Made by a program: the position numbers and the translations under genes. Positions 63,902 through 64,000 of a DNA stretch of 64,000 bases are shown here, one piece after another. How positions within the stretch are numbered: position 1 is the stretch's first letter; every line of letters starts with the position of its first letter. Where the stretch lies: positions 92,690,001 through 92,754,000 of the forward strand of contig OZ024743.1 of the NCBI GenBank assembly GCA_964016885.1. The letters run 5' to 3'. The stretch is from Eledone cirrhosa. Lineage: Eukaryota. The notes under the pieces were generated by a model. That model ran no database searches, had not been told where the DNA came from, and saw nothing but the letters and a program-made list of their open reading frames with translations.

Positions 63902-64000
63902 TTAATTTTTTTTTTTTTTTTTTCATTAATATCTTTACAGAGCTATTTATTTTTTTAGTTCGGTGACCGCTTAGGAAACCGAGCTGCTGTATACATTTCC

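Larger units (their letters stand above)
13600..64000 (+). repeat. 5S rDNA tandem array, class B (short unit ~853-878 bp, 58 genes)
   Basis: 5S starts recur every ~853-878 bp from 14306 to 63782. The spacer is homologous to class A but lacks the 351-bp cassette and one 167-bp repeat. Confidence 0.97.

Noticed and set aside
1-64000. CRISPR array or other prokaryotic system
   Set aside because: Units are 0.86-1.38 kb with near-identical spacers and eukaryotic Pol III 5S genes; there are no unique spacers or cas genes.

Overview
This window is an animal 5S rDNA tandem array; I find no credible protein-coding gene. I count 67 head-to-tail 5S rRNA genes (~120 nt, all + strand). From memory the sequence resembles molluscan, most likely cephalopod, 5S; that assignment needs a database check. 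Two repeat classes abut at a sharp junction near 13.6 kb. Class A (9 genes, 1-13.6 kb, unit ~1377-1380 bp) has C16/U95 in the gene, and its spacer carries two 167-bp direct repeats around a 351-bp cassette. Class B (58 genes, 13.6-64 kb, unit ~853-878 bp) has A16/C95, one copy of the 167-bp segment and no cassette. Every spacer begins with a decayed copy of the 5S 3' end. One class A spacer is interrupted by a young 2.1-kb non-coding LTR retroelement (8151-10259) with 374-bp LTRs differing at 4 sites, a perfect 18-nt tRNA-Trp primer-binding site, a PPT-like tract, a 4-5 bp TSD and non-canonical TG...AA ends. The class B array shows variant lineages, higher-order repeats, lineage-specific terminator lengths and short class A-like patches. 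All ORFs in the supplied track are by-products of the repeats. Coordinates and variants were read by eye; 5S ends are given as start+119. Variant labels (D, E, F etc.) are my own.
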